DNA of 64,000 nucleotides, from positions 16,846 to 80,845 of the forward strand of contig JBDKUE010000111.1 of assembly GCA_039679855.1 (NCBI GenBank). Direction: 5' to 3'. Below the pieces are notes generated by a model that saw only the letters and a list, made by a program, of their open reading frames with translations, was not told the DNA's origin and made no database searches. The position numbers and the translations under genes were made by a program. This document shows positions 33,406 through 44,100 of the stretch, piece after piece (positions within the stretch are counted from its first letter, which is position 1; every line of letters starts with the position of its first letter). The DNA comes from Syntrophomonas sp. Lineage in GTDB: Bacteria; Bacillota; Syntrophomonadia; Syntrophomonadales; Syntrophomonadaceae.

Positions 33406-34864
33406 TTTTAAACCATTTATAAAAATAGGAATCCATATTGGAATGGGCTTCTTTTTTTATCACCTCTAATAGGTCCTTGGTTCCCGCTATTTTAAAGCGA
33501 TAAGTGGCCAGATACCTGCGCAGGACTTTATTAACCTCGTCTTTACCCAATTCCTTTTCCAATCCGAACCAAAAAGCCTCGCCGCCGGAGTAGGCGGTCA
33601 AGTAATAATCCTGTTTGGAATACATATCGCGCAGTTCCCTGGCCAGACTGACCCCTTCCTTTAATTCAGTAATATTAACCTTTACTTTTTCCACATCCTC
33701 CAGATATTTATAGGCGCTCCAGTTGGCCAGGCCTTCATCCATCCAGGGCTCTTTCAACTGGTCGTTGCCCACCATTCCATACCACCACTGATGGGCAATT
33801 TCGTGGGCCAGGACCATTTCTCCAGACTGATCAAGCCCTCCACCTTTGAGATAGTCTTCGCTCAAAAAGATCATGCCTGAATACTCCATGCCATGAAAGC
33901 CTTTCATTGGGACAAAGGCAATATTGAATTGCTTATAGGGATAGGTTCCCAAAGAGCAGTTGAAATAATTGAGCATGCTGGCCGCCTTATCCAAAACCGG
34001 CTGGGCAAAATCGCCCTGGCCGTTGGGGACATAGCAATTTACATTTATCTTGTTGATACTGGTTTGCAACCTTGTGTAATCATACATGAGCACCAGGGAA
34101 AAGTCCCGTGCATTTTCCGCCTTGATAACGTAGGTCTGCCGCCCGTTGTCTTCAATAATTGGCGGCCCAGCGTCTCCGGTGGCTACCATGTCATAATTTT
34201 CCGGAATATTAAGCTCGACCAGGTAATTGGCGCAGTGAAAGCAAAAGGGGTCGCCAAATACCGAATTATATGAATTGTGCCATCCATCCTCATCCAGCAC
34301 ATTCAATGCCGGATAGAAGTTGCCCAGCATGTACACTCCATCCCGGGCTCCATAGCGATAAGCCAGGCGGGGCACCAAAGCCTTCCACTTGATGCTTATG
34401 TCAATCTGGCTGCCGGGCATGATATCGGCTGGGGGCAGAACCTGGACTGACACCCCCCGGCTGGAATACTGCGCTTTTTGCCCATTTACACTTATTTCCT
34501 CAAATTCTATCCAGCCAGGATTGAAGCCTGCATAATATGCATCCGCCGGGGCGGGAGTAGCGGAAGATTGGTTGAAGGCATTGGGATAGGCAGTAAACCA
34601 CAACTCGCCCAGACCCTGACCTGATGTATTGCTGGTTATAATACGGGTTTCACCATATATAATTCGGCTGCCAGGCTCAAGGTAAAGGCGCATTATGTAC
34701 TGGGTTTCCTCTGGAGACGGAAATAGCGCAGCCGCTTGGGCAGCGCCGGAGGGCGAAGGAGCAGCGACGATGTTTATGATGCGTGCGCCGTAAAGGACGT
34801 AAACCGCCATTATTATGCCTACAAAAAAGGTCAACCAGTAAAAATTAATCCTTTTCAAAATCAC
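33389..34864 (-). CDS. membrane-anchored M1-family zinc metallopeptidase
   Basis: 491 aa with an N-terminal TM helix and the gluzincin motif HEIAHQWWYG ... WMDEGLANW. GTG start. Confidence 0.88.
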   Translation of the reverse strand: MILKRINFYWLTFFVGIIMAVYVLYGARIINIVAAPSPSGAAQAAALFPSPEETQYIMRLYLEPGSRIIYGETRIITSNTSGQGLGELWFTAYPNAFNQSSATPAPADAYYAGFNPGWIEFEEISVNGQKAQYSSRGVSVQVLPPADIMPGSQIDISIKWKALVPRLAYRYGARDGVYMLGNFYPALNVLDEDGWHNSYNSVFGDPFCFHCANYLVELNIPENYDMVATGDAGPPIIEDNGRQTYVIKAENARDFSLVLMYDYTRLQTSINKINVNCYVPNGQGDFAQPVLDKAASMLNYFNCSLGTYPYKQFNIAFVPMKGFHGMEYSGMIFLSEDYLKGGGLDQSGEMVLAHEIAHQWWYGMVGNDQLKEPWMDEGLANWSAYKYLEDVEKVKVNITELKEGVSLARELRDMYSKQDYYLTAYSGGEAFWFGLEKELGKDEVNKVLRRYLATYRFKIAGTKDLLEVIKKEAHSNMDSYFYKWFKINPGG

Positions 34865-34883
34865 ACCTGACCCCTGCCAGAGT

Positions 34884-34930
34884 AGTACCCTACCAATCCT
34901 AATTCTATACGATATCGACCGGTTGCGCTT
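34884..34930 (-). repeat. solo terminal fragment of the MITE-like element (copy D)
   Basis: AGTACCCTACCAATCCTAATTCTATACGATATCGACCGGTT matches the reverse complement of the right end of copies A and C. No core and no second end. Confidence 0.6.
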
Positions 34931-34939
34931 GAGGTATTT

Positions 34940-36451
34940 TTAATTAAAAAGGACGATGTTATCCCGGTAGTCTTTCTGCAGGTCGCTCTGCAGAATATTT
35001 AAGAAGCGCACCAGCATAGCCGACGCCTCTCCCCGGGTCATAACCTTCTGGGGATTTAAACGGTTGGTGGAGTCGCTGCTTACCAAGCCAATCTCCGCGG
35101 CCACGTAAACACTGTCCAAACACCAGGTCGGAATCTGATCCTCATCGGCAAAGGATGTGCTGAATCCCGGTGAAGGCGCTTTATCTTCAAAACCCAGGGC
35201 CTTTATAAGCATGTGAATGGCCTGAGCCCGGTCAACATCCAGGTCCGCTCCAAATTGACTGCCGCTGACACCGGAGGTCAACCCCTTCTCAACAGCTGCT
35301 TTAACATACTGATAGTCGGGGCTGCTGGCCGGCACATCCAAGAAAGGCGATACCTCAGCCGGGGTCTTTTTGCTGGCTTTTTTCTTATCCTGGGCCTGGT
35401 TGGCCCGGATGTCACAAATCTTGACCAGGGCCCGGATAAAATCCATACGGCTTATGGGTGCGTCGGGCGCAAAGAATTTGGAGTCACCCTCAAAAACCCC
35501 CAAGGAAAACAGCTGGCCGATATCGTCCTCGGCCCAGTGGCCCCCGGTGTCTCTGAATTTGGGAATCAACAGCTTCTCAACCTTGGGGACCTTCTCCATG
35601 TTGAGTTTTACCTGATCGATGTTCCTGGTCGTATCATCAGCTACGCCATCTGTTACCGTGGGAAGATCATAGCTGTAAAAAGAAGACATTTCCCCTCTGG
35701 TTACCCTGGTGTAGGAGCCGTTGAAGCTGGACAATGAGGCCAGGTTCTCATTGTACTGCAGGCTTTTATCAATGCTGTCCGAAACCGTTGCTTTGACTGT
35801 GCCTTGCCAGTTCTGAGTTGAACTTTGAGTGGTTTTTGTCGCCGCAATAGTACGGGTCACGCCGATATTGTAATCCAGAACCTGGGTCTCGGTGCTGCCC
35901 CAGAAATTATTATAACCTACATCTCCGCCGCTGATATCAACAATTACCTCACCCTGGTTTTTATTAATCAAATAGGTCTTGCGGGCTTGAATGCTGCCGC
36001 TGTAGTAATCAGAAGCTGGACGGTTGTCTATGGCATCCGATTTGTAAAACTGCAAATCCTTGAGATCGTATTTTACCCCGTTGATGGTAATACTCTCTTT
36101 AAAAGTGCCCACCTCGGTCTCGGTAAGGGTTTGCCCCACCTCGGCGTCCTTAGTGGAACTGATCTTGTAGCTCATCTTGCGGCTGAATTTGCCGGTAATG
36201 GATTTATCCTCCGGGGTAAGGGTAAAATCGTAGGTAAGCGTCGTGAGATCGCCTTTTATCTTTTCAGTCTGTTTTATGGTTCCGGTGAATTTAATCGGTA
36301 CACCGGCAAGGAAGACCATTTCCTGGTATTTGTATTCATTGGCCACCCCGCCCGCGAAATCCGGAGGAACCGCCCCGGCCGGCACTGCTCCCAGCACCAT
36401 AAACACGGCTATCAAACAACTTGTCATCAAAAACGCCCATTTTGCTTTCAC
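34940..36451 (-). CDS. secreted protein with three C-terminal SLH domains
   Basis: Signal peptide, a beta-rich unknown N-terminal ~290 aa, then three SLH repeats (FRDTGGHWAEDDI..., FLDVPASSPDYQYV..., FADEDQIPTWCLDS...). GTG start after AGGAGGG. Confidence 0.88.
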   Translation of the reverse strand: MKAKWAFLMTSCLIAVFMVLGAVPAGAVPPDFAGGVANEYKYQEMVFLAGVPIKFTGTIKQTEKIKGDLTTLTYDFTLTPEDKSITGKFSRKMSYKISSTKDAEVGQTLTETEVGTFKESITINGVKYDLKDLQFYKSDAIDNRPASDYYSGSIQARKTYLINKNQGEVIVDISGGDVGYNNFWGSTETQVLDYNIGVTRTIAATKTTQSSTQNWQGTVKATVSDSIDKSLQYNENLASLSSFNGSYTRVTRGEMSSFYSYDLPTVTDGVADDTTRNIDQVKLNMEKVPKVEKLLIPKFRDTGGHWAEDDIGQLFSLGVFEGDSKFFAPDAPISRMDFIRALVKICDIRANQAQDKKKASKKTPAEVSPFLDVPASSPDYQYVKAAVEKGLTSGVSGSQFGADLDVDRAQAIHMLIKALGFEDKAPSPGFSTSFADEDQIPTWCLDSVYVAAEIGLVSSDSTNRLNPQKVMTRGEASAMLVRFLNILQSDLQKDYRDNIVLFN

Positions 36452-36471
36452 CTACATGTGCCCTCCTGCTC

Positions 36472-38148
36472 CTATTTTACCAGGATTACCATAACCCTGA
36501 AGTCATTGCGTGCCATATACAATCGATCCCCGGACTTTAATGATTTGGGCAGAATGGCTTTGCCATTCTTGATTATAAGGGTATTCTCCAGACCCAGACG
36601 CAGATTGGCTTGCTTGCCCATCCACTGGTCGTTGTGTTCACTCCAGTCACTGGTGTTTTTCAATGTCACAACCCATCCTACCAGCGTATCATTTTCCACC
36701 GACACCACCGTGCCGCTGGTGGTGCGCAGTTCATCGATTTCATGTTCTTCATAATGCAGAGCCAGACATGCGCCCCGGTCTCCCTTGGCATATACGTAGA
36801 CATACCAGTTGGAAAGATTAAGGTCCTGGGTGCGTTCATCATCCAGGTCAACTGAATAATCGCCTCCGACAAACTCGGCCAGGGTTATCCGCTTCTTGTT
36901 GTCCATATCCCAGATGGAAGTATCATTATCCAGGAACAGTTCCACCTCACCGCTTACGCTCTGCCAGACATTGTTTTCCTGGCGATAGGCATCTTCTAAC
37001 CAGAACGAGTCTTCGAAAACATCCGCCAGCCGGCCGGCGTACAGACAACTCTGACCGATGCTGGAATTGTTTATTCCGACCGATAATATGTTGACAACAC
37101 TGGCGATGCGCTGGCCTTTCACCGTGTCAGCTACAAAAAAGGCATCGGTTCCGGCCGTTAAAACGAACTTGTCCTGCAGCCTCCCGTCGCGAATTATTAT
37201 AGTGCCGTCACTGAAAGATAGGTTTTTGTTGTTATCCAACTCGCAGGTGTCGCTGAACCAGTTTACACTCTCAATCTGTGCTTCATAGCTTGATTCATAT
37301 TCGCTCTTTACCACCAGGCGGTCAATGCTGTCTTTACCCAGAGCATCGCGGGTGACCAAATAGACGCCCCGCCCCCGGTAATACTTTAGATTGCGGGTGG
37401 GAATCTTTACTCCGCCCGCATAGACCGGCAATTCCTTGTTGTAGGCCATCCTCAAGCTGCCTCCAGAGTCCTCCCAAAGGCTGTTGTTCAAGACCTCAAC
37501 GTCGGACAGGCTCAGGTGCAGGCTGGTATTGTCAACCGTCTTCAAGGTTCCCCGGTAGATGTTCTTGATCTCCACCGAACTGCCCTGCACTTCCATCCGG
37601 CTTATCATCCCGCTGCCCACTTCATCAAAATACAGTTTGACCCGATCGCCGACATAGAGATCATCCAGGTTGATCGACTCTCCCTGCTTGTTTATAGGAG
37701 TGGCGGGGGTGGTGTAATAACTGGAGGTGCGGCCGTCGTCCCTTCGCACCTCAATCAGGTCTTCTTCCAGCTTGCTTATGGTGCCGACCACCACTTTACT
37801 GCCCGGCTGGATATACCCGGTTTGAACCGTTGAGTAAGCCTCCAGGCTGGCCAGGGCGCCTCCCGCCAGTTTGGCGTAGACCTCCATGCCCTTATGAATG
37901 GCACTTAACTTAACCGGCCGGCCGTCAATAAGATAGGCGGTGTCGGCTGCAAGGGCCAGGGTCATTAGAGTACCATCGTAGGACTCAATCTTTACACTCC
38001 CGTAATCAGCGGGGTTGTTGGGATCAGGAGCGATCACCGCCTGCAGATAGCCCTCAACGGTAGAACCTTGAGCACCGGCGGCGCAAATTAGCTGCGGCCA
38101 GAGCAAAGCCAGTATAATAGCTAAAACAGCTGTTCTTCTCAAAACCAT
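36472..38148 (-). CDS. secreted protein of unknown function (558 aa)
   Basis: Signal peptide (AVLAIILALLWPQLICAAGA) and repeated small beta-domain-like segments. Its ATG directly abuts the TAG of the giant gene. Confidence 0.75.
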   Translation of the reverse strand: MVLRRTAVLAIILALLWPQLICAAGAQGSTVEGYLQAVIAPDPNNPADYGSVKIESYDGTLMTLALAADTAYLIDGRPVKLSAIHKGMEVYAKLAGGALASLEAYSTVQTGYIQPGSKVVVGTISKLEEDLIEVRRDDGRTSSYYTTPATPINKQGESINLDDLYVGDRVKLYFDEVGSGMISRMEVQGSSVEIKNIYRGTLKTVDNTSLHLSLSDVEVLNNSLWEDSGGSLRMAYNKELPVYAGGVKIPTRNLKYYRGRGVYLVTRDALGKDSIDRLVVKSEYESSYEAQIESVNWFSDTCELDNNKNLSFSDGTIIIRDGRLQDKFVLTAGTDAFFVADTVKGQRIASVVNILSVGINNSSIGQSCLYAGRLADVFEDSFWLEDAYRQENNVWQSVSGEVELFLDNDTSIWDMDNKKRITLAEFVGGDYSVDLDDERTQDLNLSNWYVYVYAKGDRGACLALHYEEHEIDELRTTSGTVVSVENDTLVGWVVTLKNTSDWSEHNDQWMGKQANLRLGLENTLIIKNGKAILPKSLKSGDRLYMARNDFRVMVILVK

Positions 38149-41100
38149 CTACCTCCTGCCCATTACGCAGTAATTGCCCATATGTCCAATCAAACCGGTT
38201 CCGCTGTTGCTTACCGGCAGCCAGGTCCCGCTATTGGGTTCATACCAACATAGATCCATTTTGGTGAAATGCCTCAATTTGGCTTTAGCCGTATCATAGC
38301 GCATTTTTATCTTCATACTGCCGGTCAAATCAGTCAATTCGTTTTCCTCCTGCCCGACAAAACAGCTGGCCTCCAGGCGGTAAATGGTTGAGAGGCTATT
38401 TCCCCCTTCCTGGCCAGCGCTTCCCGTATACGGATATACTCTGAACCTTACCCCGGCGTCGCTGGCGCTGGTGTCCGCCAGGAATTCATTTTTAAACACA
38501 CCCGGCTCAAATTCCAAATCATATTCCTTGCCGCTGATTCTGATGGTCTGACCGGAGCTGTATATTACGGAAGCGGGAATGGTGACCTGCACTTCGCGGC
38601 AGGCGGCCAGTTCGCCCTTGGTCAGATCAATATCCACCGTGTCTCCATCGCTGCCCATATTGACCTGGGCTATGCCGCCCTTGGCCGTAATCTCGGTTTT
38701 TTCACCCAGCCCGCCATCCAGGTCGGGTGCTCCCACGGTGCTGCCCGTATAGACCCAGTTGCTCTGAGCCGAAGGCTTGGATGTGCCAAAATCGCCCTGA
38801 GCTTTAACTACGAACTTATAGGACGTATTGGGCTCCAGGTCGTCATAGACCAGGGAGGTGTATTTGCTTGAGCCAATATTGTAGGTATGGGAGCCTTTGA
38901 CTACCTCGATCTCATAACCGGTAGCCCCGGTAACCGCTTCCCACTGCACCTTGATGAAGCGGTCAGTGTCATAGTGTTCGTCCCTGACCAGCACCGCGGT
39001 AACCCCGAGCGGCGCATCCAGCTGAGGCAGCTCGAATTTGATGTTGTTGTTTATGTCCGAGGCTCCCTGGTCCTTGTTGATTATCATTATGCCGGTAGCA
39101 TCCAGTTTGCCCGCGGGGGTTTTTACGGTAAGGTGAGTCGCATCAACCACCGTTACCTCGGTGCCATCAGTTCCCGACTTCAGTACATAGGGATCCAGCT
39201 CACTGCTGCTTCCGCCATTGGAGGTTTTGCTGGTGACATAGTAGATCACCCCACTAGCCTTGGCATCAGTCGCCTTCTCGATCACCGGTATGAATACCAC
39301 CCGGCACCCTTCCATAAAATTAGTACCGGTTATGTTGAGCTGCTGGCCGCCCTTGACCGATATCGAATCGGCCGCGACCTCGTTGCCGTTATCGTTGGTG
39401 AGGGTAATTCCCGTAATCGTCGGGCTGCTTACATAGGTAAACTTGCCCACCGTAGACGATTCGCCATCCGGATTTTCAATCTTTACTTCCACCTCGCCCG
39501 GATCCGCGGCCGGGCTTACGGCTATTATTTCCTCATATTTAACTGAAACTACCGTTGCCTCTTGAGCTCCAAAATAGACCTTCAGCTCACCCGGATAATC
39601 AGGGGACATATCTTCACGGAAGTCCTTGCCCTTGATCGAAACCCGGGTTCCTCCGGCTGCCGGCCCCTTGGCTGGTTCAATATTGCTCACTTCCGGAGCC
39701 GTTTCTCCTTTGGTGATAAGCATCTTGATAGGCAGGCCGGAACTGGGCAGGTCGGAGCGGGCCACCCCGCCGTCTTCGTTGGTCACAACGACCGTAACCA
39801 CAGTGCCTACCGTGGCTTCCGATACAGCCGGCATGATAAAGCTTAAAGTTGTGGGCAGAGTGTAGACGATGTCTTTGGACTTTATCTGAGCCAGGCTGCC
39901 TATCTGGATGGTGGCATTTGCAGTAAAATCATTTCCGGTTATAGTGATGATATTGCCGCCCTTGTAGTTGACTTCAACCACCCTGAGATCTTCGCCGGCA
40001 ACGGTCTTGTCAACCGGGTCGCTCCCATTGCGGGTGATGTTGCTGATAGTTGGGCTGGTGGCCGGGTTTTTATATTCGAATTTGCCGCTTACCGTTCCGC
40101 CATCCGGGTTTACCACCTTAAGCCCCACCTGACCCACCGTGTAATAAGTGGGGGTGGTGACGGTCAGATGCCCGGTATTCTCCGTCACTACATTCGACGC
40201 ATAACCCCGTTCCACTATCAGGCGGCGGTCTTTGCTATAAGCCTTCACCAGTTCACAGCCGGGATAGAAATTTCCTGGATTATCGGTCAGCTCGTGCATG
40301 TCAAAGAAACAGGCGCTGCCGTCGTAATTATTGAAGGTCTGGCTGTAGGTAACTCCCCCGTAGACCAGGGTAAAATCTATTGTCTTGCTGTTGGCGCTAA
40401 AGGATACGGTCATATTGCCGGGCAATTCAAGGGTTGGCATTTCACCGCCTACGATTGTCCCGTCTTCGCTATTTAAATTATCAATGTTGCCAAAACGCAC
40501 TAGGGTTATATTCTTGCTACTGGCTCCGGTCGTGTCCAGTACGTTGATGGTGCTCTCTACATAGCCGCTGCCCAGAATCTCCACCAGTTCAGCCCCCTGT
40601 TTGCGTCCAGTGGCGGGAAGGATGCTGCTGAAGGTCGGCTTGGAAGAGGCAAAGGTAAAGGTCTTTTTATTGGATACGCCATAGTCGTTGTTTACAATAT
40701 AGACGTCAACCGCCCCCGAAGTGCCGGTGGGGGTCAACACTCCCAAGTAGCCGTTGCCGTAGTTTTTGACAGTGGCCAGTTGATTGCCGAAGTACACCTT
40801 GGGCAAAATCTTCTCGTAATTAGCTATGGCCTGAACATTGGGATCGGCAGTGTTGTCCCAATGGGATAGATCATCCCATACGGCTGGGATTACCGGTGGT
40901 ACTTCTCCGTTTAAATCGGTGAAGGTATCGGTTGCGGCATTATATTCAAAATTACCGTCATTATCCTCATAGGGCTCATAATAACGAAAATCCCGGCCGG
41001 TTATTTCTATATACTCCCCACCGGCAGCGCTACCGGTGGTCTTGGAAATGTTGTCAATAATGGGGTTGCTCCTGGGAAGTACATATGTAAAGGCATCCTG

Positions 41101-44100
41101 CTGGCCATAACTTCCCCCGTCACTGGGATTCAGTATGGTAATCGGAACCGCTTTATGGTCCACCCCGTAGTCTTTCTTGAGATCGCCCGGGTAGGCCGGC
41201 ACCTTTACATCCAGGGTTGTGCCGTCCAACCCCACCTTGACATCAGCCGCCGCCACCTCAATAGAATTTATAAAAACGCGGGTCTTTATTGTCCCGTTAT
41301 CTTCAAAATTTTCACCGGTAATTTTAATATAATACCCACCGGATACGGAACCCTGGTTGGGATCGATTGAGGTAACCTTGGGAAGCCGCTGCGGATTGCG
41401 GTAAAAGGTGAAGGCATTTTTCAGGGTGGCACTGTTGGTATCGGGATTTACGACTGTTACATCGAAAAGACCGGGGGTCAACAGGTCGGGAATTACAGCG
41501 TAGATGCGCTTGCCGTGATCGGTCACTTTCACTCGGTTGCCGGTAATTACATTGTCAGTTCCGAATACATATGGGGTAACCAGAGTCAAATTTATATCCG
41601 AACCGCCGGAAGTAGAATCAAGGGCAACCGTGCTAGTGGTCACTGTTACATCCCAGGTTCCGCCGCTTTGATCCTTGGCTTTTAAAGCGCCGCCCGAGGC
41701 GTATATCTCATAATCAATAGTCCCATCGCTAAGTATGATCCCGCCCAGATCATTGTAGTTTAACACGTAAAATTTATCAGCGGCGGTTTTTAGCAGCACG
41801 CTGTAATAGTAACTGGCCATGGTGGCAGTGCTGCCTGACGCTGACAAGATTTCCTTCCCAACCGGTGACGTGTAAGCTTTAAGATCAATGTCATTGGTTC
41901 CGGATTTATAATAGTACTCATTTATATCCTGGTTTCCGAAAAGCACCCGGGTGCCGATTAAACGGTAGATGCCCAAATCCCAGGGAACTGCTGTTGGGTC
42001 GGGAGTCAAAAAAACGGTGCCATTTAAAGTTACCAGGGTGTTTATGGTTCCTGCCGGAGGTGAAACGCTGGTAAGAGTCGGTTTGGTCTGGCTCTGAACA
42101 TAGATGATCTGGGCCGAATCCGACCCACCTTCCCCATTCATGACCAGGATGCGGGTTTTTCCTTCTTTCCATGCGGGTGCGTCAAAGGTAATGATCTTAC
42201 CGGAGGCATCGCGCTTACTGGTTATAAGTGTGTCTTCAAGGTAGACTTTGACGTCAGGCTGGAAATTATATCCGTCAATCCTGACCCCTTTGGCCCCGTC
42301 GGTTGATATTATATTGGGGGTGACGCTGTTTATAACCGGAGTCTTCTCCGTGGCCAGAACAACAAATTGAAGAAGATCCGATTTCTTAACCCGGTAGCCG
42401 TATTCGCTGGAATTCTTCTTGGGGTTGGCCATAACCAGTTCGGTGGTGGTGGTGTCCTTGTCAACCAGCATTCCGGCCGGGATTTTTATCAAAATCCGGT
42501 TGCCGGTATCATTCCCTTCTGCTCCGGTTACGACGGTGGTCCCATTGTAGATTTCGTAGTAAGCTCCGCTTATCTGGTGCTCGGTTTTGTTGGCCTGATC
42601 CCAGCCCAAAACCACGGTGGGATCTTTGCCCTCCCTCCTGAAGCAGAGGCCCGGCCCTTGCCCCGCACCGGTATCGAAGCCCCCCAGAATCACCTCGGGA
42701 TAGTGGACTACCTCTTCCCCGGTGGCCGAATCAATGTATTTGCTCACTATAAAATCGCTGCCACTTATGCCTATGTACATATCTTCTTTGACGGAATACC
42801 CGCCGGCGGCGCTTTCCACCTGGATCTTGTTGGGCGTTACTTTGGTGGCCGCCGGTTCATCATAACTCTTGATGAAGGTGAAGGCGTCTTTCTTTATGGG
42901 CTGCTCAGTAAAGACGTATTTTTCCCCGGTTGGAATGTTGGTTACTTCATCAACCACCGTAAGGGTGGTTTTTATATCCAGAGAAACATCAAAGACCGGG
43001 TCGCTGGATATATCACTATCCTGTACCAGACCGGTATTGAGGCTGAGGGTATCATAGTTGCTGGCTACAAGCTTCTGTTTTGATTCATCCTGGAAGACGG
43101 CCAGGGCTCCCACCGTCACCTTGATGGTTCTGGTGACATCCACCTTTTTATTTACTTCTCCCGGTTTATAGTGGCCATAACCATGATCGATTTCCAGAGT
43201 GGTGTTGGCATCCGCTAAATCTAGAGTATAGGCTGCATCCTCCATGTTCAGACCGTTGATATTCAACTCCTCCATGTTGTAAGCCACCACTTCGATGGGA
43301 GTGGGGTTCATAGTAGGCCCCGAAGCGGGGCTGATAGCTACCACTTCTGCGGCATTGGTGGAGGAAACTATGATAAAATCACCCACCAGCATCTGCTTGG
43401 TAATTTGCGAGCGCAAGTCAACCCCCGCCTGAGGATCAACCATTTTATTAGTCAAAACCACGTGATAAGTCCCCGGGTTAAGATCAGGAACTACTACGGT
43501 AAGCTGGCCCTTTTGAGAAGGTTGCTGGGGTGTCCAGTGGGGGTCGGTCCCCATATTGGCTTTATAATAGGGGTCGGTTTCATTGCGTAGGAAGAATACC
43601 GAGTAATCACCCAGGTCCTGGGCCTGAAAATATACGGTGGTCTTTTTGGGCTGTCCTATATTAGGATACATCTCCAGGCCCGCAATATCCAATTTCTCGA
43701 CAACCCGGAATTGGTTCTGGTAGAGCTTGCGGAAGGTCAACTTTTTGGTGACTCCTACCGGGGTTCTTTCCCTGGTGAAGATAACGTCATGCAGACCCAC
43801 GTCCCCTGTAATGCCAGCTATCGTTATTTTCGCTCCGTCATGCAAATTATCAGGATCTCTGTTTACGGTGCCGTTAAGTGATCCGTTGCCGAAAGTAAGG
43901 GTATCTTTGTCCAGATTGCTTCCATTAATAGTTATTGTGTCAGTAACCGTAAAAGCCACTGCAGGTGCGACGCTGGTTATGGCCGCCATATTGGTGTCAT
44001 CCACCGCTATGGTATTGCCTCCGATTACCAGACCGTCGGACCAGAGGATGGAGCGCATATCGTCGCCGGGAAGCGAAAATTTTATATAGCTATCCAGGTT

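Noticed and set aside
35825-36754. Long antisense ORFs (309 aa here; also 42367-43083, 38887-39546, 3036-3614, 25267-25785, 1579-2076)
   Set aside because: They lie opposite strongly supported genes and have low-complexity or Arg/Pro/Gly-biased composition, no RBS and no recognisable motifs. They are typical shadow ORFs.
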